Part shown: positions 59,067 through 64,000 of the stretch, piece after piece
Layout of the letters: each line of letters starts with the position of its first letter
How positions within the stretch are numbered: position 1 is the stretch's first letter
From: Raja brachyura
Lineage: Eukaryota
Direction of reading: 5' to 3'
Length of the DNA stretch: 64,000 nucleotides
Assembly (NCBI GenBank): GCA_963514005.1
Contig: OY740809.1
Coordinates: 18,290,001 to 18,354,000 of the forward strand
Translations under genes and position numbers: made by a program
The notes under the pieces: generated by a model
Database searches by the model: none
Seen by the model: only the letters and a program-made list of their open reading frames with translations
Told to the model about the DNA's origin: nothing

Positions 59067-59615
59067 AGGGCCTGTCCCACATAGGTGATTTTTTTCGGCG
59101 ACTGCCGGTGACTGTCAGAGTCGTAGCAGGTCGCCGAAAAAGCAGCGACTGGACCCCCCCACGACGATGTCTACGACAACCTACCAGTTAGTCGACGTCA
59201 AGCTACCACAAGCTGCCAACAACTGGCGACCCAATCGTCGCGACTTGGAACGTCCACCTATGACCACACCTAAGACAACCTACGACCACAGGCGACAATT
59301 GAAGTCAACCTACATACACCCACAACAAGTTACGACAAGCGATGACCCTGTCAGTGGCAACTGAAGACAATTCAGTCGCTGGTACCTGTTGTCGGTTGAT
59401 GTAGGTTCACCTAGATAGTCGCCAATGGAATTCACCGAAATCAGCACCCGGTGGCAACCTGCGTCATCCTGGCGACAACCTATGACAGCACCTATGACAG
59501 GAGAAGACAAGCTATGTCGCCAAAAAGTTTTGAACATTTCAAAATCCAGCGGCGACCAGAAAAACGTTACGACTCTTTAGGCGACTTGAGGAGATGACTC
59601 ACGACTATACAGGCG
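59067..59615. mobile_element. Harbinger-type MITE, longer relative of the composite family; right TIR missing
   Basis: TTA-AGGGCCTGTCCCAC start; body shared with 41525-41903. Confidence 0.78.
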
Positions 59616-59634
59616 TCATCTTTCACTGAACATG

Positions 59635-59970
59635 GGCCCCAGTAGCAAAGGCAACATTTACTGTCCATTTCATTCCCCCCCCCCAACCCCACAATGGATT
59701 TCACAGGACTCTTGTGAAGTCACAGGTCAACCTCATCGCTCTGGTTCTGGAGCCACTAGCAGGCCACTGAATTTAGTAAATTTATTTTCCTGAAGTACAT
59801 AGATGAACTTAAAAATTGTAATATGGCAATCCAATAGTTTCATTATTGACATGCACTTTATATTCTAATTGTATGTATTTGAATTTAAATTCCCTGGTAG
59901 CCATGGTAGAATTCAAGCTTCCATCTCCAGGTTCTGCCCTCTGAATACTAGTCCAGGAAGCTGTCTGCTA
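59635..59970 (-). mobile_element. Old SINE, second family
   Basis: gcaacatttactgtccat..gaatttaaattccc..gccatggtagaattcaa..tactagtccag. Confidence 0.55.
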
Positions 59971-61511
59971 TCATGATGCAATTCGAGAAGGTAACGTATC
60001 ACAATCTGCTTAAGGGCAGTTGATTATGGGCTATCATGCACTCACGTGGTATTCACATGCCTGAAACTGAATAAATATATTGATAAAAAATCAATTCAAA
60101 AATGGATGCAAATTGTTCATTTTCTCGATCACAACCCAAGACTCTTCCAAAATGTTGTTGTTCTACAAATTGTTACCAATCGGATGTCCCAGAGTTCCTT
60201 TATGGATCATACCAGCTGACATTCAAACTCTTAATAATTGAAAATTATATTCATAATTTATGGCATGTCTCGAAATTGGCCATTTAAACCAAAGTGACGA
60301 GTAGATAAGAGATTAGCTGACACATGGAATAGATGCATGATGGTCCATTACATATTACAAAGCAGACAATAATACAAAAGAATAAAAAGCCAAACAGATG
60401 TATTGCTGAACTTTGACATTCTCCCCTGGAATACAGATAACCATGTACTGAGCCATTTAAAAATGGTAACACTTACAGATCACAGTGTTTAAACAGACAT
60501 AGTTCTTGGATGAATATTATCAAAGAAAAATCCGAAGGTTCATTGGCATTGCTATGTAACCCTGAATATCATGAAGGAAAGTGCTTCCTCTGTTTTTTTG
60601 TTTTTTCTTCTCAAGATGCATACTTCGAAATTGCTCTTTTCAACCATCTCATTGTGAATGGAGAGCAGGGCCGAAGTACAGGTATCACGAAATGCAAATA
60701 TCCTGCAGAGCTTGGCTATAAAACCTTTTGTTATAGAAAATCATATTATAAAACAATTGTGCCAATGGAGAAAAGGGGTAATAGCCACAATAATAAAGTT
60801 CGGTTTTTTTTAATGCAGGATTTTCATAAAATGATTTTTTTCTTATAACTTTAAGTTAATTGTGTTACTGTAAACTAAAAGTAACAAAGACTGCATGTAA
60901 CATTATTTACGGAGTATCATTGCACAAGTATCAATGGAAGCGATCACTTGCCCATTTCAGTGGCCATCCACCGTGAACACAGCAGCTGTGTTCTGAAGAG
61001 ACGATGGTGCTTAATTACTGTGGGGAGGCTACATGGAAACAGATTTTTTCCAAAACAGATTTTTTTTTTTTGCCTGCCAATTTCCAAAGTAATATTTAAG
61101 TGGTTCTCTAGTTCCTGAATGAAATCCCTTTACTAATCAATTCATTCCTCCTAATGCAAATAGTATCCTTTAATTCATCAATCAAGTTATATCCAATTTG
61201 TGTAATGGAAACATGTGTTTTAGCAGAAGTACCTGTATCTGACCTTATACAAGGCTTGTGATCTGTGCTATGGCCACTAGCTTTTAGCTCAAGCTCGAAA
61301 ACGACCTCCTATTATTGTGAAAGCATCTTTCATTAAGCTCTTTCAGTCTATCTGAAGCAAAAATATTCTTCCAGCCGTTCTTCAAAACATAACATGTAAA
61401 CTTTGGAATCATGTTGGCCATTCCATTTCTGAAATATATCAAATGCGTCAATGTTGTTTTTGAAGTAGGATGTGCTTTATAATTTCTTAATCAAATCAAT
61501 GTGACCTCGGA

Positions 61512-62035
61512 GACATAACAGACTGCAGTGCTGGAATCTGAAGCAAACCCGCTATTCAGTGGGTCAGGCAGCATCTGTAGAGGCAGAGGGATGGTCAACG
61601 TTTCCGGTCGAGGCCCTGCATGTGCACAAAGCGTGTAGAGGGCAGATAGCCACATAAAGAGGTGAGAGGGAGAGGTGAGACAGGGGTTGGCAGGCAACAG
61701 CTGGAACCAGGTGAGGAAGGGGTTGGTAGGAGATGGGGGCAGACGTGTGGTGGGGAGGGTGGAGGTAGAGACAGAGGCTGGAGGACGATAAGTGGTGACA
61801 CAAGGGGGCAGGCGCTGAGTATGTAAGTTGGTAAGTGAAATCAGGAAGGGTAATTGGCAGATGGAACTAGTTGGCGAAGGTGAATCAAACTGGGTGACAG
61901 AGGAGATGGAGGGTGGTTTGGTGATCCTGACTGGATCAGAAGTAGAGAGTGAGGAGCACAGGTGAAACTAGATAATTCCATGTTCATGCCATTAGGTTGG
62001 AAACTACCCAGGCAGAGTATTAGGTATTGTTCTTC
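61512..62035 (-). mobile_element. Older Penelope 3' fragment
   Basis: pLTR at 61.5-61.6 kb; aattccatgttcatgccattaggttggaaactaccc is the GIY-YIG ORF end. Confidence 0.75.
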
Positions 62036-62036
62036 T

Positions 62037-62390
62037 CATAGAGTCGCAGTGTGGAAACAAGCCTTTCTGCCCAACTTACCCACACTGATCAACATGTCCC
62101 ATCTGCACTAGTACCACTTGCCTGCATATGGCCCATATTCCTCTAAACCTGTCCTATCCATGTACCTGTCTAATTGCTTCTTAAACGTTGCAATAGTCCC
62201 TGCCACAACTCCCTTCCATACACCAACCACCCTTTATATGAAAAAGTTTCCCCTCAGATTCCTATAAAATCTTTCCCCCTTCACATTAAACCTATTCCCT
62301 ATGGACCTCGATTCCCCAACTCTGGGCAAAAGATTCTATGCGTCTACCCGATCTATTCCTCTCATGATTTTATACACATTGTATATACAG
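62037..62390 (-). mobile_element. CR1 3' end
   Basis: VYKIMRGIDRVDA; catagagtc tail. Confidence 0.85.
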
Positions 62391-62569
62391 ATGCTAGTTT
62401 GGGTTTGTCCACACCTTGGCATTCGGGAAGACAAAGGATATACAGGTTGGTGTGAGAATGGGAAGGGGCCATGAACTGGGAGTTCATTAGGGCTAAGTAT
62501 AATCTCAGTATTGTGCTTTTTAAAACAATTCTCATTCCATGTAACATCCATCAATAAATTCCACTCCTT

Positions 62570-62790
62570 CCTGGTCTGAAGAAGGGACACAACTGGAAAT
62601 GTTTCCTATCCAGGTTCTCCAGAGATGTGTGTAGAAAGGAACTGCAGATGCTAGTTTATACCGAAGATCGACACAAAGCCCTGGGTTCACTGCATTGTGT
62701 CTATCTCCAGAGATGCTGCCTTCCCCGCTGAGTTACTCCAACACTTTTTGTCTCTTTTAGTAAATCAACATCCGCAGTTCGTTGTATTTC
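62570..62790. mobile_element. Nested Penelope pLTR elements
   Basis: tctccagagatg is duplicated around an inverted insert (about 62628-62703). Confidence 0.7.
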
Positions 62791-62934
62791 TATTTGATAT
62801 CTCATTTGTACAACATGATTGCTTTTGGCTTCTGTTTTGACAACATGAAGTATAACAATAGAATGGTAACAAGTTCCCACGTTCTTCCGAATCTTTAAAT
62901 CCCCACCTAACTAATGGACAATTCAACATAAAAT

Positions 62935-63350
62935 CAGGAGCAGCCAACTCTCACGCATTGAGCGTGAGAATCACGCATTTCGCCAAATTCTCATGCTCTC
63001 ACGCTGATCACAGAATTTTTCACGGTCTGTCCTGAGAAATTATGTGACCAATGAGAATTTCAAAACTAATATCAACTGCATGGGCCGCGGGTGTTGGGGA
63101 GCCGGGGCGGAGGGAGGGATGGAGTCTCAGTGTAAGAGTCCCGGGGGTTCGTTGGAAGCGTTGTGCCACTGCCGTGAGAGTCTCTGTGCTGACTTCGCCC
63201 TGGTGACCAGCATGGACCAGGCTGCGGCTCGGTGCATCCTGGAGAACAACCAGTGGCTGCTGGAAGTGGGTACCAAGCACTTTGCAGAAGCATTGGAAGA
63301 TAGTGGCCTTCAAATGGGGGTGGTTGGAGAAAGCATCCTCCTTGCCTGCT
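62935..63350 (+). mobile_element. Putative hAT-like non-autonomous DNA transposon left part carrying a captured gene fragment; right end not found
   Basis: CAGGAGCAGCCAAC resembles CAGGGYTGCCAAC termini; clustered TCACGC subterminal repeats and a CTCACGC-ATTGA-GCGTGAG palindrome. Confidence 0.55.
63119..63265 (+). pseudogene. TDP2: TDP2-like exon 1 fragment (N-terminal UBA-like domain) ending at a splice donor
   Basis: RESLCADFALVTSMDQAAARCILENNQWLLE aligns without gaps to TDP2 RRLLCVEFASVASCDAAVAQCFLAENDWEME (human, from memory); GAA|GTGGGT donor follows. Confidence 0.68.
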
Positions 63351-63364
63351 AGATTTTACCTGCA

Positions 63365-63472
63365 GGACAGGTGACGTTTCAGTCTGAAGAAGGGTCTCGA
63401 CCCGAAACTTCACCCGTTCCTTCTCTCCAGGGATGCTGCCTGTCCCGCTGATTTTCTCCAGCATTTTTGTAT
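63365..63472 (+). mobile_element. Penelope pLTR with near-intact HHR (63381-63416)
   Basis: agt-CTGAAGA-A-GGGTC-TC-GACCC-GAAA-CT-TC-acc. Confidence 0.82.
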
Positions 63473-63714
63473 CTAATTCTTGCTGATATGCCTTACTGGC
63501 TCATACCGGCTTCCATTTATGTCGATTGTGTTTGGAACTTGGGATCAGAGTTTCTTGACAAAAGATTGGCTATTTGCGACAGAGACAGAAAAAAAGGACA
63601 GTGGTGGCTTTGCACTCAATCACTGAGTATTTGCAATGCAGATGTCAATAAATCTGTAGATATTATGGAATCAAGGTATTCTGGGTTAGTGCCAGGAAGT
63701 GGTGCTGAGGTACT

Positions 63715-64000
63715 GGTCTTTCATTGTCACGTGCCAACATACAGTGAAATACTTTGTTGAATGTGCTATCCAGTGAAATCATACCATGCATGAGTACAAC
63801 AGGTATGCAAAAAGAGAAAGGTAGAATATGGTGTTACATCTACAGAGAAAGTGCAGCAGAAAGGAGGTAGGTTGGGAGATAGGGAATACATCCTTAATTC
63901 TTGAGAGATCTGTGCAAGAGTCTGATAACAGTGGGAAAGAAACTGTTCTTCAATCTGGTGTATGCTTTGGTATCTTCTTTCAAGCTCTTGTATGTCCTGC
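63715..64000 (-). mobile_element. Decayed Rex/Babar 3' end, runs off the window
   Basis: aagagtctgataacagtgggaaagaaactgttctt. Confidence 0.65.

Overview
Eukaryotic, repeat-rich vertebrate DNA. The repeat content (HE1/V-SINE-like SINEs sharing a 3' tail with CR1/HER1-type LINEs, Deu-domain SINEs, Rex/Babar, fish-type L1, Penelope-like elements) points to a cartilaginous fish, probably a skate or ray (inference). The only clear host coding sequence is the large first coding exon of DLGAP3/SAPAP3 (+ strand, ATG 51792 to splice donor 52823), so the rest of the window is most likely 5'-UTR introns/upstream DNA and the following intron. Three things stand out. (1) Roughly 30 short Penelope-derived elements, many folded back as inverted repeats, flanked by 10-15 bp target-site duplications (TSDs) and carrying a minimal hammerhead-ribozyme (HHR) core, plus a decayed RT/GIY-YIG Penelope partner at 47.3-48.9 kb. 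(2) A DNA-transposon-like end at 62.9 kb followed by an apparent captured TDP2 promoter, exon 1 (UBA-like domain) and splice donor, in the same orientation and intron phase as DLGAP3. (3) Several PIF/Harbinger-type MITE families sharing one terminal motif, including a composite form with an internal TIR. Family names come from motif recognition, not database searches, and boundaries of old repeats are approximate.
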